DNA from: a virus
Length of the DNA: 64,000 nucleotides
IMG/VR virus record: IMGVR_UViG_3300032770_000007
Location: 32,001 to 96,000 of that record
Strand: one strand, 5' to 3'
Positions 38,158 through 47,423 of the stretch are shown here, one piece after another. Within the stretch, counting starts at the first letter, position 1. Each line of letters opens with the position of its first letter. A program made the position numbers and the translations under genes. A model generated the notes under the pieces. It searched no databases. It was not told the DNA's origin and worked only from the letters and a program-made list of their open reading frames with translations.

Positions 38158-39321
38158 CTATTTATGCTTTGAGAGATTTATTCTACTAAAGCCTTCTCTA
38201 TTGACTAGTTTTGAAGGAAAACCATGATGAATGGCCACAAATCCTTCTCCTGGACCTTCTCTACCATCAACACTGGTCACATAATGATTGGTCTTATCTA
38301 GAGCATCAATAAGAACATTCTTGGCTTGTTGTAAGTGATGATGTAGATCAAAGAGGCTTTGATATTTTTCATGGTGTTCATCCATGTGATTGAGATGAGA
38401 CAGAAGTTGTTCTTTCTTCTTCAATCTACCTGCCACAGTTTTCAACTTATCAGCCTCTTGTTTGTAATAGTTTGTAATAGAAGCCTTTAGACCAATGGCT
38501 GTAGGTTTCTCACCATTTCTTACAGTATCATTGATATATTTCTTGATGAAGTTAGCATGACCTACTGTTTCTTTGAATGTCTCTGGATGAGCCTTTAGAT
38601 AGGTCTTTTCAGCATCAGTTATATGTTTGGTGAAATTATTATCAAAATCTTCTCCACCCAAAGATTTATCCAAATGGAAATTAGGATCAATCAAATGAAC
38701 TGATCTGCTACCACGAAAGTTGTGCAAATCTGGTTCAAATCCAGCCGTCATTGATCCTAAATCTTTCCCATGATATTTGGTATGGACTACTATACCTATT
38801 TGAGCATGCTTAATCTTTTCTGCTTCTGGATCTTTCTTTTTGATACTATACATCAAGGTATTTGGAGTGAAATGATATGCCTTATCATCCTCATGTATAG
38901 TATCTTTATTGTACATGAAATCACCCTGATAAACTCCTGTATGAGGAACTACTCTTACCAAATGTTCTCTAGCTGATTTTAGTTTGGCTGCTAACTCTGG
39001 TCTATCAGAATAATGCTTTTCAATATCAGCTTCTGTGAAGTTTAAAGTTGGTTTGTCAGAAAGAACAGCCTTGGTGCCAACAAAGAACTTACCAGTCTTA
39101 GGATCATGCCCAAAGACGATAGAAGGACTACCATCAAACTTTGTAGTGATTTTTGTAGTGGATGGTTTGCCTAAAATACGATCATGAACAGAATGAAGGA
39201 GGTCTTTGACATGTTGGTACCCACGAGCATCATCCTGCAAAATATGATCTTCTACATGCTCTAAGTGTTTCAGTTTTCCAAAAGAATCTAAACTCTCTGC
39301 AATATATTGTTTGAAACTCAC
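38158..39321 (-). CDS. conserved T4-like protein with ligase-like motifs
   Basis: HLEHVED, TKFDG, QGDF, EGFV, KLV; MSFKQYIAE start. Confidence 0.7.
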   Translation of the reverse strand: MSFKQYIAESLDSFGKLKHLEHVEDHILQDDARGYQHVKDLLHSVHDRILGKPSTTKITTKFDGSPSIVFGHDPKTGKFFVGTKAVLSDKPTLNFTEADIEKHYSDRPELAAKLKSAREHLVRVVPHTGVYQGDFMYNKDTIHEDDKAYHFTPNTLMYSIKKKDPEAEKIKHAQIGIVVHTKYHGKDLGSMTAGFEPDLHNFRGSRSVHLIDPNFHLDKSLGGEDFDNNFTKHITDAEKTYLKAHPETFKETVGHANFIKKYINDTVRNGEKPTAIGLKASITNYYKQEADKLKTVAGRLKKKEQLLSHLNHMDEHHEKYQSLFDLHHHLQQAKNVLIDALDKTNHYVTSVDGREGPGEGFVAIHHGFPSKLVNREGFSRINLSKHK

Positions 39322-39507
39322 TCTATCTCCGTTATCTTATCTTTCTTGATTAATGTTAAAATCGTTTCAGTCAAAGCAATCTCATGTCTAACATAATTCA
39401 TTTCTATCAATAACTTATCCAAACATTCTTGATAATAGGCCAACTCTTTTTCCTTTCGTTTCTTTAGATCCAAGACGTCTTTGAGTAAAATAATTTGACC
39501 CATAAGC

Positions 39508-40386
39508 TTATGCGAGCAAAGTATTGTATAGGTTCTCTCCCAAATATTTAGCATTATAGCCAAGTGATGTAAGTTTGTCTATGTTCATGTAGAAAGATTT
39601 GATTTGCACCAGATCATGGAACTCTTTTGGTTTGATGAATTTGATCATACTTTTTGAACCAAGTACTCTTCTAGCATAGTAAAGAATATCTGCAAAATAC
39701 CAAGATTGGCCATTACCAATGTTATAAATCTCATCATATTTGCCTTGATCTATGACAAGATTTATTGCATTTACGCAATCTTCAATATGGATATAATCTC
39801 TATAAAACCTACCATCATTATATACCTCAATGTCCCTCTCTGCCTTGATCTCATTGATGAGATATTGTAATGCATTCTTCTTTTGGGATACTTTCTTGTC
39901 TCCTGGACCCACAACATTAGCAAGTCTAAGAATACGATAGTTTAATCCAAAGGTTTCACAATAAGAAATCAATAACTGTTCAGCACATCGCTTGGTTATG
40001 CTATAAAATCCTTTTGGATCACAAATAGCATCCTCTTTTACATCCTCTGGTACTTGTTGATTGCCATATACGAACCAGGAAGAGATTAGATTATATACAC
40101 AATCAGCAGATTTGACATTACGCGCGAACTTACGCCAGTTATCCAAAGTGGTCATCAATACATTCAGATTTGTATCTATGTCTAAATGAGAGTTATCAAA
40201 AATATTGTAGTTGTGAACTGTTGAAATAAAGTTGATAACATTGGGTGTATAGATTTCATAGTCATCACGATGATTTCTACTTGACCAGTTAGGATCATGG
40301 GTACTCGCATCCAGACTATTCCAATAATGACTCCCTACAAAACCAAAACCACCCAGAACAGTTATTGCTTTCATACTGGATCCCAA
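39508..40386 (-). CDS. NAD-dependent epimerase/dehydratase
   Basis: GGFGFVG, SS, YSITK. Confidence 0.85.
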   Translation of the reverse strand: MGSSMKAITVLGGFGFVGSHYWNSLDASTHDPNWSSRNHRDDYEIYTPNVINFISTVHNYNIFDNSHLDIDTNLNVLMTTLDNWRKFARNVKSADCVYNLISSWFVYGNQQVPEDVKEDAICDPKGFYSITKRCAEQLLISYCETFGLNYRILRLANVVGPGDKKVSQKKNALQYLINEIKAERDIEVYNDGRFYRDYIHIEDCVNAINLVIDQGKYDEIYNIGNGQSWYFADILYYARRVLGSKSMIKFIKPKEFHDLVQIKSFYMNIDKLTSLGYNAKYLGENLYNTLLA

Positions 40387-41711
40387 GAAGCAAATACCTC
40401 TCCAATATATTTGATAATTTGATCATTATAGAAAGGAGGGCACCCAATAAAGAATACATGGGATAATGCCATGTTAGCATTTGGAAACTTAGTAGCATCA
40501 CCTAAATGCTTATATCCAGGATGGACCAAAATGTTCCCAGCAAAATAGTTTCTAGTTTGAACCTTATTTGCTTCTAAATGATTGACTAAAGATTGTTTGG
40601 TTTCTGGATCATTGCAAATAATAGGCACCCCAAACCAAGAAGGTTCAGATATTATTTTAGTATTATATATTGATTCAAAAGGTATTGCTGTTCTAATGCC
40701 ATCATAATAGTTAACAATCTCTTCTAACTTCAAGAAGTTTTCTTTTCTTTTACGTTCAATTTCTGGCCATTTTTCCAGTTGGGCCAAACCAATGGCTCCC
40801 TGAAGATCAAGAGGCTTAAGATTATAGCCCATGTTCTCAAATATGTATTTGTGATCCATGACCACATCCACACCTTCATCCTCAAGCCATTTTGAAAATC
40901 TGGTGCCACAGGTTCCACAGGCCAAAAGATTGGCCTGACCTACACAATGACAGGCTCTACCCCACCAAGATACACTACGAGCAGTCTTCATCAGTTCTTC
41001 ATCATCAGAACACACCATACCACCTTCACCTGTAGTGATATGATGAGCAGGATAGAATGAAGTAGTCCAAGCAGTATAAAAGTCTGTAATAAGTTTACCA
41101 TTCCATTTTGAACCCAGACTGTCGCAGTTATCACCAATCAACATTACTCCATATCTCTTTGAAATATCGAGTAGCTTGTCCATGTTTGGAGGATTGCCAA
41201 GCACAGGACTTACAAAAATAGCCTTGGTTTTCTCTGTCAATGCTGAGCGTATATCTCCAACATTAAAGTTCAAAGTAGCCATTTCAATATCAACAAAGAC
41301 TGGCTTCAGACCATTTTGAACAATAGGAGCAATGGTTGTAGGAAATCCAACAGGAGATACTATGATCTCATCTCCATCTACCCAACCAAATCTTTTCTTC
41401 AGAGCAGTAATTAAAACGAGATTAGCAGAACTACCACTATTGACCATGTGGGAATGTTTGACATTGAACACTTTAGAGAATATATTCTGGAATCTAAAAA
41501 CATATGTTCCAGTAGTCAACCAAGAACCAGTTAGAAAAGCTTCCATGGCCATTTCAAGTTCCCTATGATCCCAATAAGGACCAGAATAAGGAATCAATGT
41601 CTTGCCTGGAACAAAATCTTTCATTCCATGAAGATACTTTGGCTTGGCTAATCTAGCCAATTTTTCTATGTGGTGATAGATAGTATGAGTATCTACTCTT
41701 TCTATATTCAC
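40371..41711 (-). CDS. PLP-dependent NDP-4-keto-6-deoxyglucose 3-dehydratase (RfbH/DdhC-like)
   Basis: NSGSSAN, SFYPAHHITTGEGG (His replacing the Schiff-base Lys), Cys cluster CHC..C..C. Confidence 0.88.
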   Translation of the reverse strand: MNIERVDTHTIYHHIEKLARLAKPKYLHGMKDFVPGKTLIPYSGPYWDHRELEMAMEAFLTGSWLTTGTYVFRFQNIFSKVFNVKHSHMVNSGSSANLVLITALKKRFGWVDGDEIIVSPVGFPTTIAPIVQNGLKPVFVDIEMATLNFNVGDIRSALTEKTKAIFVSPVLGNPPNMDKLLDISKRYGVMLIGDNCDSLGSKWNGKLITDFYTAWTTSFYPAHHITTGEGGMVCSDDEELMKTARSVSWWGRACHCVGQANLLACGTCGTRFSKWLEDEGVDVVMDHKYIFENMGYNLKPLDLQGAIGLAQLEKWPEIERKRKENFLKLEEIVNYYDGIRTAIPFESIYNTKIISEPSWFGVPIICNDPETKQSLVNHLEANKVQTRNYFAGNILVHPGYKHLGDATKFPNANMALSHVFFIGCPPFYNDQIIKYIGEVFASWDPV

Positions 41712-42718
41712 TTCTTTGCTCCTAGTTTATATCGCTCTATCTGCTGCTGACTTTTATACCAGTTGATTGTCTTCCTCAATCCTTCTACTAATGGTGTTTG
41801 CGCAGGTAGTTCTCCCAATGAACGTAATTTTTCTGTTTCTACTCTATATTTCAAATCATGACCCAATCTATCATTTACCATTTCAATATCAACTGTAGAA
41901 TCCATCATATTCAAAATCAAATCAACCAAATCTAGATTATTGATGTCTGGTCCAGGACCACCAATATTATATTTTTCTCCAACCATCCCTTCTTTGATTA
42001 TAAGATCAAGTGCCTTACAAACATCAGTTACATATACCCAATCCCTTTCATTCAGTCCACTTCCATATATAGGAATATTTTTGCCATTTAAGGCATTTGT
42101 AATAGTTTTAGCAATAAATTTTTCTACATGCTGTCTTGGTCCATAGGTATTGGAGCCATTTGTAATGGTATATGGCACCTGATAAGTAGATCCCCAGGCT
42201 ATGACAAAACATTCAGCTGCAGCCTTAGAAGCAGCATATGGAGAGTTTGGATGAAATGGATCATGCTCCATGAATGGAGCTGGACCATCAGGATCTCTAC
42301 CAAGAGGCAAACTACCATATACCTCATCAGTTGAAATATGAATTAGTTTTGATTTATGTTTAGCTATTCTAAGAGCCTCTAAAAGATGGATAGTACCATT
42401 GATATTTGTTTTGATGAATGGAGCTTTATCATTGATAGAGTTATCTACATGGGTCTCAGCAGCAAAATGAACAGTATGTTGTGGTTTATATTCATCAATA
42501 ATATTTGCTATACTCTCAATATTCCAATCCCAAACAAGATCACAATAAGCATAATGTTTATATCTAGTAGTATCTATACCAAACAAATTGTGGTTATGGG
42601 CCGCATAAGTCATTTTGTCTATGTTGAGGATGAACAAATCTTGATATTTGCTCATCATATAATGAATAAAATTAGAACCAATAAAGCCACAACCACCCGT
42701 AACTAACATATATTTCAT
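41708..42718 (-). CDS. rmlB: dTDP-glucose 4,6-dehydratase
   Basis: GGCGFIG, HFAAETHVDNS, STDEVYG, YAASK. Confidence 0.9.
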   Translation of the reverse strand: MKYMLVTGGCGFIGSNFIHYMMSKYQDLFILNIDKMTYAAHNHNLFGIDTTRYKHYAYCDLVWDWNIESIANIIDEYKPQHTVHFAAETHVDNSINDKAPFIKTNINGTIHLLEALRIAKHKSKLIHISTDEVYGSLPLGRDPDGPAPFMEHDPFHPNSPYAASKAAAECFVIAWGSTYQVPYTITNGSNTYGPRQHVEKFIAKTITNALNGKNIPIYGSGLNERDWVYVTDVCKALDLIIKEGMVGEKYNIGGPGPDINNLDLVDLILNMMDSTVDIEMVNDRLGHDLKYRVETEKLRSLGELPAQTPLVEGLRKTINWYKSQQQIERYKLGAKK

Positions 42719-42735
42719 AATATAAATCCTTTATT

Positions 42736-44052
42736 TTACTTGTTCATTCTAAATGATATTTTCTTTAGTCCTGGCATACCAGCATTAGCATTGTATTCAA
42801 ATCGAAAATCTGAACTATCGAAATCTTTGACCAAATATTCTACAGTCTTGAGAGTCTTGTTGATCTTCATAAAAATCTGGGTCACTTTGATTTTCTTGGC
42901 TGCATCATTTAGCACACTTAAATAGGTGTTATTTTTATTTAGTTCATCAATCAAATGATAACCTAGAGGAGATATTATTAATCCCCATCTCTTGGCCTTG
43001 TTCTTGACTATTCTATCTGCTATTTCATCTGATGCTCTTCTGTTTGCTGACTGATAGAATCCTTCTAGATCACTCAATATGGCTCTGAATGTTCTATATC
43101 CACTCAACGCATTTTCGCAATCTTGAGCAGTAAAATCTTTTTTGAAAAAATGTTTCTTTAGCCAAAGATAACCAGGAGTACCAATATCTCTTGAAGCAGA
43201 AATAATACCATCAACCACACTATTATCTTTGATGGCTATCACTGCCTTTCGAGCATTTTCTTTTTGACCACTAAACTTCATCTTTTCTAATTCATTAGCA
43301 ATAGTATCTATACTAGGTGGGGCACCTTCATTGGCTTTGGCTGATATAGATATCTTTTCATTCTTATCAACATTAGCAATGTAGTCTACCAATCTTTGAT
43401 TTGATGCTATAGGATAAGTTATGGATTGTACTTTTGGTTTATATACTACCATGAACCATAATGCTCCAGACACTTCACCAAAATCTTTTGCTATTACATT
43501 CAAATCTGAATCACTAATAGTTTCTATGGCCTTGGATTGAATTTTACCAGATCCCAAAGAGGCTTGTAAAAGATCACCAAGAAATTTCTTCACATTATCA
43601 TCTACAGACCTGATATTATGAATACAGTTTATCGCCTTGTTTAGAAATTGGTTTCTATCTAGTGTCTGTCCACCCAATCCTAGTTTATCAGGAGTGAGAT
43701 CCTTTGGTCTAATAGATCCAGTTGATCTTGTAGCCAGAACAAAGTAAATCTTGTCACCTTTTTTAGCACCTTGTATATCTTGAAGTATGGTTAGTTCTTT
43801 AGTAGGATATGAACCAGAAATCTTTTGACTGCTATCTTGTAAGTTAGAAGGTAAGATTGAATTTAGGAGTTTCGCTACATCACCTTTATAGCTAATACGG
43901 AGGTGTGGACCACCTCTGGATGATTTAATCGGTTCAATGCCTTTCTTTTCTAGATGATATTTGAAATAGTTTATGATAGATATTTGATTTTCTTTTTTCG
44001 TAACTACCGTCATGACAAGTCCTTTTTTTGAAAGAAATATCATATATGTCAA
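42736..44052 (-). CDS. hypothetical protein, possible PD-(D/E)xK nuclease
   Basis: DFGE...LVDY...ISAK; basic; TATAAATA upstream. Confidence 0.55.
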   Translation of the reverse strand: MTYMIFLSKKGLVMTVVTKKENQISIINYFKYHLEKKGIEPIKSSRGGPHLRISYKGDVAKLLNSILPSNLQDSSQKISGSYPTKELTILQDIQGAKKGDKIYFVLATRSTGSIRPKDLTPDKLGLGGQTLDRNQFLNKAINCIHNIRSVDDNVKKFLGDLLQASLGSGKIQSKAIETISDSDLNVIAKDFGEVSGALWFMVVYKPKVQSITYPIASNQRLVDYIANVDKNEKISISAKANEGAPPSIDTIANELEKMKFSGQKENARKAVIAIKDNSVVDGIISASRDIGTPGYLWLKKHFFKKDFTAQDCENALSGYRTFRAILSDLEGFYQSANRRASDEIADRIVKNKAKRWGLIISPLGYHLIDELNKNNTYLSVLNDAAKKIKVTQIFMKINKTLKTVEYLVKDFDSSDFRFEYNANAGMPGLKKISFRMNK

Positions 44053-44063
44053 TGATTTAGTGT

Positions 44064-44071
44064 TATTTATA
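44064..44071 (-). promoter_or_regulatory. T4-type late promoter
   Basis: TATAAATA; (C/A)TAAATA variants at 2561, 8709, 9755, 12572 and 14173. Confidence 0.6.
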
Positions 44072-44096
44072 AAGATTCTCGTATCAAATATAAAAT

Positions 44097-45521
44097 TTAT
44101 ACTATTCCATCAAACTTTTTCTTAGAAAGATCAGTTATCGTCTTCATAACTTCTACAATATCAGTATTTTTTATAAAATCATCTGGGTCTGGTGTTTGAT
44201 GAGCATCCTGAATGTTTTGTTGTTTATCATCAACATCATAAAGTCTTTGTTTATCTCTATCTACTCCAACTACAAATCGTTTGTTTCTAGTCACATCAGC
44301 ATATCTTGATTTGATTTGTTTCACGACCAATTGATTGAGTTTTTCTAGTTCTTCTGAATTGATCATCACTACCATCCAGTCTGCAGTGGCTGGTAAACCA
44401 AAGCTTTCAGCCACATCAGTCATATCTGGATCAGAACTAGAGAACCCATCCCTGGTAAGCTGAGTGGCTGTCAATATTGGTAGATCAGTTTCTACAGCCA
44501 ATCCTCTGAATTCTTCAGCAATGGCCTTGATATAGGTGTAACTATTGATATTAGAACCAGGCTTGATTCTGCTTGAACAACAGATATTGATATAGTCAAT
44601 GATGACAATATCCGGATAAAACTTCTTCTTCAACTTACATTCATTCAGGAGTGCTTTGAAATGATGGGCCCCAGCTGAGGCTGTAGGATATTCTTTGACG
44701 ATTAGCTTGCCTTTGATATTCTGTTTAAGCTTACCAATCTTGCGATCATAATCTTCTTTGGTAATGCTTTCTATATCATCCAAACCAATATTCAAAAGAT
44801 TAGCATCAATCCTTTGTGCTATCCTCTCTTGTGCCATTTCTAGGGTGATATAGAGAACATTAAGATTTTGAGCCAAGTAAGAAGAGGCCATGTGACAAAG
44901 AGCAAGTGTTTTGCCAACATTCACTCCACCAAGCAAAACATTTAGTGTCTTCTTAGGCAACCCACCCTTGGTTATCTTATTGAACATTGTTAGATCAAAT
45001 GGAACTCTTTGCTCTATATGATGATAGTATTCATAACGACTATTAGCATCCTCAAGATAATCATGTCCCACATTTGGATCGAAGGAAATAGCCAAGGCAT
45101 CAGAAAGAATCTTTGGAATCATCCCTTTGCCTTTGTTCTTATCTTGACCATCCATGATGTGAATACTGTCAAGGATAGCATTATGAAGAGCTCGTTCCTG
45201 GCAGAACTTCTCTGTTTCATCTATTAGCCACTTTAGGTCTTTTGTTTCTGCTGGCTTTGATACTTCTTTTATTAGATTAGAAACAGATTTGAAATCCGTC
45301 TCACTAATCTTATCCTTTCCATTGAAGATAACAGAAAGTGCCTCACTGGTTGGAGGCATGTTATATTTGGTTATGTAAGAATGAATTTCCTCAAATAAAA
45401 GTTTTTCTGCATTGTCTCCAAAAAATTCACTCTTCAGATACGGAATTACTTTTCTTATGTAAGGCTCTGTTTGTATCAGGTTCTTCAAAATAAGTGTTTC
45501 GATCTTCACAATATTCCTCAC
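44097..45521 (-). CDS. replicative helicase (gp41-like)
   Basis: GGVNVGKT, ITLEM, IDY, ATQLTR, AESFGLPATAD. Confidence 0.95.
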   Translation of the reverse strand: MRNIVKIETLILKNLIQTEPYIRKVIPYLKSEFFGDNAEKLLFEEIHSYITKYNMPPTSEALSVIFNGKDKISETDFKSVSNLIKEVSKPAETKDLKWLIDETEKFCQERALHNAILDSIHIMDGQDKNKGKGMIPKILSDALAISFDPNVGHDYLEDANSRYEYYHHIEQRVPFDLTMFNKITKGGLPKKTLNVLLGGVNVGKTLALCHMASSYLAQNLNVLYITLEMAQERIAQRIDANLLNIGLDDIESITKEDYDRKIGKLKQNIKGKLIVKEYPTASAGAHHFKALLNECKLKKKFYPDIVIIDYINICCSSRIKPGSNINSYTYIKAIAEEFRGLAVETDLPILTATQLTRDGFSSSDPDMTDVAESFGLPATADWMVVMINSEELEKLNQLVVKQIKSRYADVTRNKRFVVGVDRDKQRLYDVDDKQQNIQDAHQTPDPDDFIKNTDIVEVMKTITDLSKKKFDGIV

Positions 45522-45838
45522 CAGGCTTTATACCCATTTGAATAGTTTCTTCATCACTATATAATCGCTCTAATATATCTAAGAGTATATGATGAGCAAT
45601 CTTGCGAAATTTTTTATGGTTGATTTGTCTAATAGTCAAATATGAATATATAGCTGTTTCAAATCTAATGCTGTGTTTTCTTATAGAAACTTTGGTAAAA
45701 TAGAAAGTAATGCCTTTGAATTTACCCCTCAATATTCTCCAAACCTGGACTGGTGCTCTATCTCTCAATCCTGAGTTTTCTGGCGGATAATGAATACATT
45801 CAGGACGATAATATCTTCCCTGGGCATAATACCAATGA

Positions 45839-46900
45839 TCAAACTTCTGTTTCATCAACAGGAACATTTTCACCTTCTCCATATTTGAATAGCTTACCAG
45901 CAGCCACATCAATAGCATCAAGAACAGACTTATCAAACCACTTCTCAGGTTCTCTATAGATTACACTTTCAAATCCAGACTTACCATTTGGAAACTTATA
46001 CTTGGTGCTGATCTTTTCTACCACACCACCCTGTTCAGCAATATCAAGTAAACCATAATATCTGTCTAAACCTCTTGTATGATCAAATAGAGTAATGATC
46101 TTCTTTTCTTCACGAGTAAATCTGGACTTATCTATCTTTACAGATATTAGAGCACCTGTAACCTGGTTGTCTGTATCCTTCTTCTTTGATTTGCTAAGAT
46201 AGGTAATAATAGAAGCAGCATACTTCAGGCCACCACCACCAGACATTTCCTTTGTTGGTACATAGGACCCAACAACCTCATATGTATGATTGGTTACGAT
46301 CATTGGTACTTTAGCTCTATTCAACTTCAACGTGATTGCTCTGAAAGCACCACGAATAAGTTGAGTTCTGGTCATGTCTCTGGTATCTTTACCTTCAGCC
46401 ATGTCATTGACTTCTTTATTAGTAGAAACATTACCAAGGCTATCTAAAATGATTAGTAATGGTTTTCTATCTGATTCAGGAGTACTCAAATAATCATTCA
46501 AGACTTTGATGGCCTGAGTTCTAAACTCTTGAATGGTGATGACAGGTAAAATAAAGAATCTTTCTGTATCTATTGATCTAGCCTTGAGCAAATCTGTTGT
46601 TTGTTTGCTATTATCCAAAGCACCTTCACTTTCAAAACAAATCACTGCTCCATCTTCATACATTTCTTGAAAGTGTCGAGCAATGGATAAGGCATAGAAA
46701 CTTTTGCCTGTGCTTTCTTCACCAGCCAGAGCAGTTACCTTATTGTTCGGCATACCGCCATAGATAGTACCAGATAAAAGAGCATTCAAAGCATAAGAAC
46801 CAGTATCAACAAACTGAGCTACATTTTCTAAACCTTCAGAAACTTTATGAGCAAACTCATTACCTGCTTTTTGTACTAACTGTTCAAAGAACTTTGGCAT
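45839..46900 (-). CDS. uvsX: RecA-like recombinase
   Basis: AGEESTGKS, LDSLG, DMTR, MSGGGGLKYAAS. Confidence 0.93.
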   Translation of the reverse strand: MPKFFEQLVQKAGNEFAHKVSEGLENVAQFVDTGSYALNALLSGTIYGGMPNNKVTALAGEESTGKSFYALSIARHFQEMYEDGAVICFESEGALDNSKQTTDLLKARSIDTERFFILPVITIQEFRTQAIKVLNDYLSTPESDRKPLLIILDSLGNVSTNKEVNDMAEGKDTRDMTRTQLIRGAFRAITLKLNRAKVPMIVTNHTYEVVGSYVPTKEMSGGGGLKYAASIITYLSKSKKKDTDNQVTGALISVKIDKSRFTREEKKIITLFDHTRGLDRYYGLLDIAEQGGVVEKISTKYKFPNGKSGFESVIYREPEKWFDKSVLDAIDVAAGKLFKYGEGENVPVDETEV

Positions 46901-47423
46901 TTGATTTCTTACCTTCTATCACATAAACAATCTTTGGTGGATCTCTTAGACCTTTTAGAACTCTTATAGCTTCACTCTTACCAGTTACTTGGACTACTTC
47001 TCTCCAGTCATTATCCCACCATTCTTTACCTCTACCATAAACTTTTTTCCTTAAAACTGGTGGCCAATATTTTTGCACTGACCAGGTATCTGCTGGTAAT
47101 GGTACTGTTGTACCATCACGCCATATTGTTGGTACTGTTCCGCAAGTTATATTTGTCTTATGATAAAATGCAGTAACAATAGATACTAAACGATAACCTT
47201 GTTCCCAATCATCTGGTCGTTTAGGTTCTGGAGGATCTATTGAAGCTTTTCTATTAAACCAAATCATGATTTACCTTTTTACCTTTATCAAGACCAACAT
47301 AATATCCAGATATGTAACTACCCAATAGACAACCCATTATTATCCAATACTGAAGTGTATTTGTTACGTCTACGATAGTGAAACAAGCAATCGAAAGAAA
47401 AACAAAATAAAGTATATACGCAA

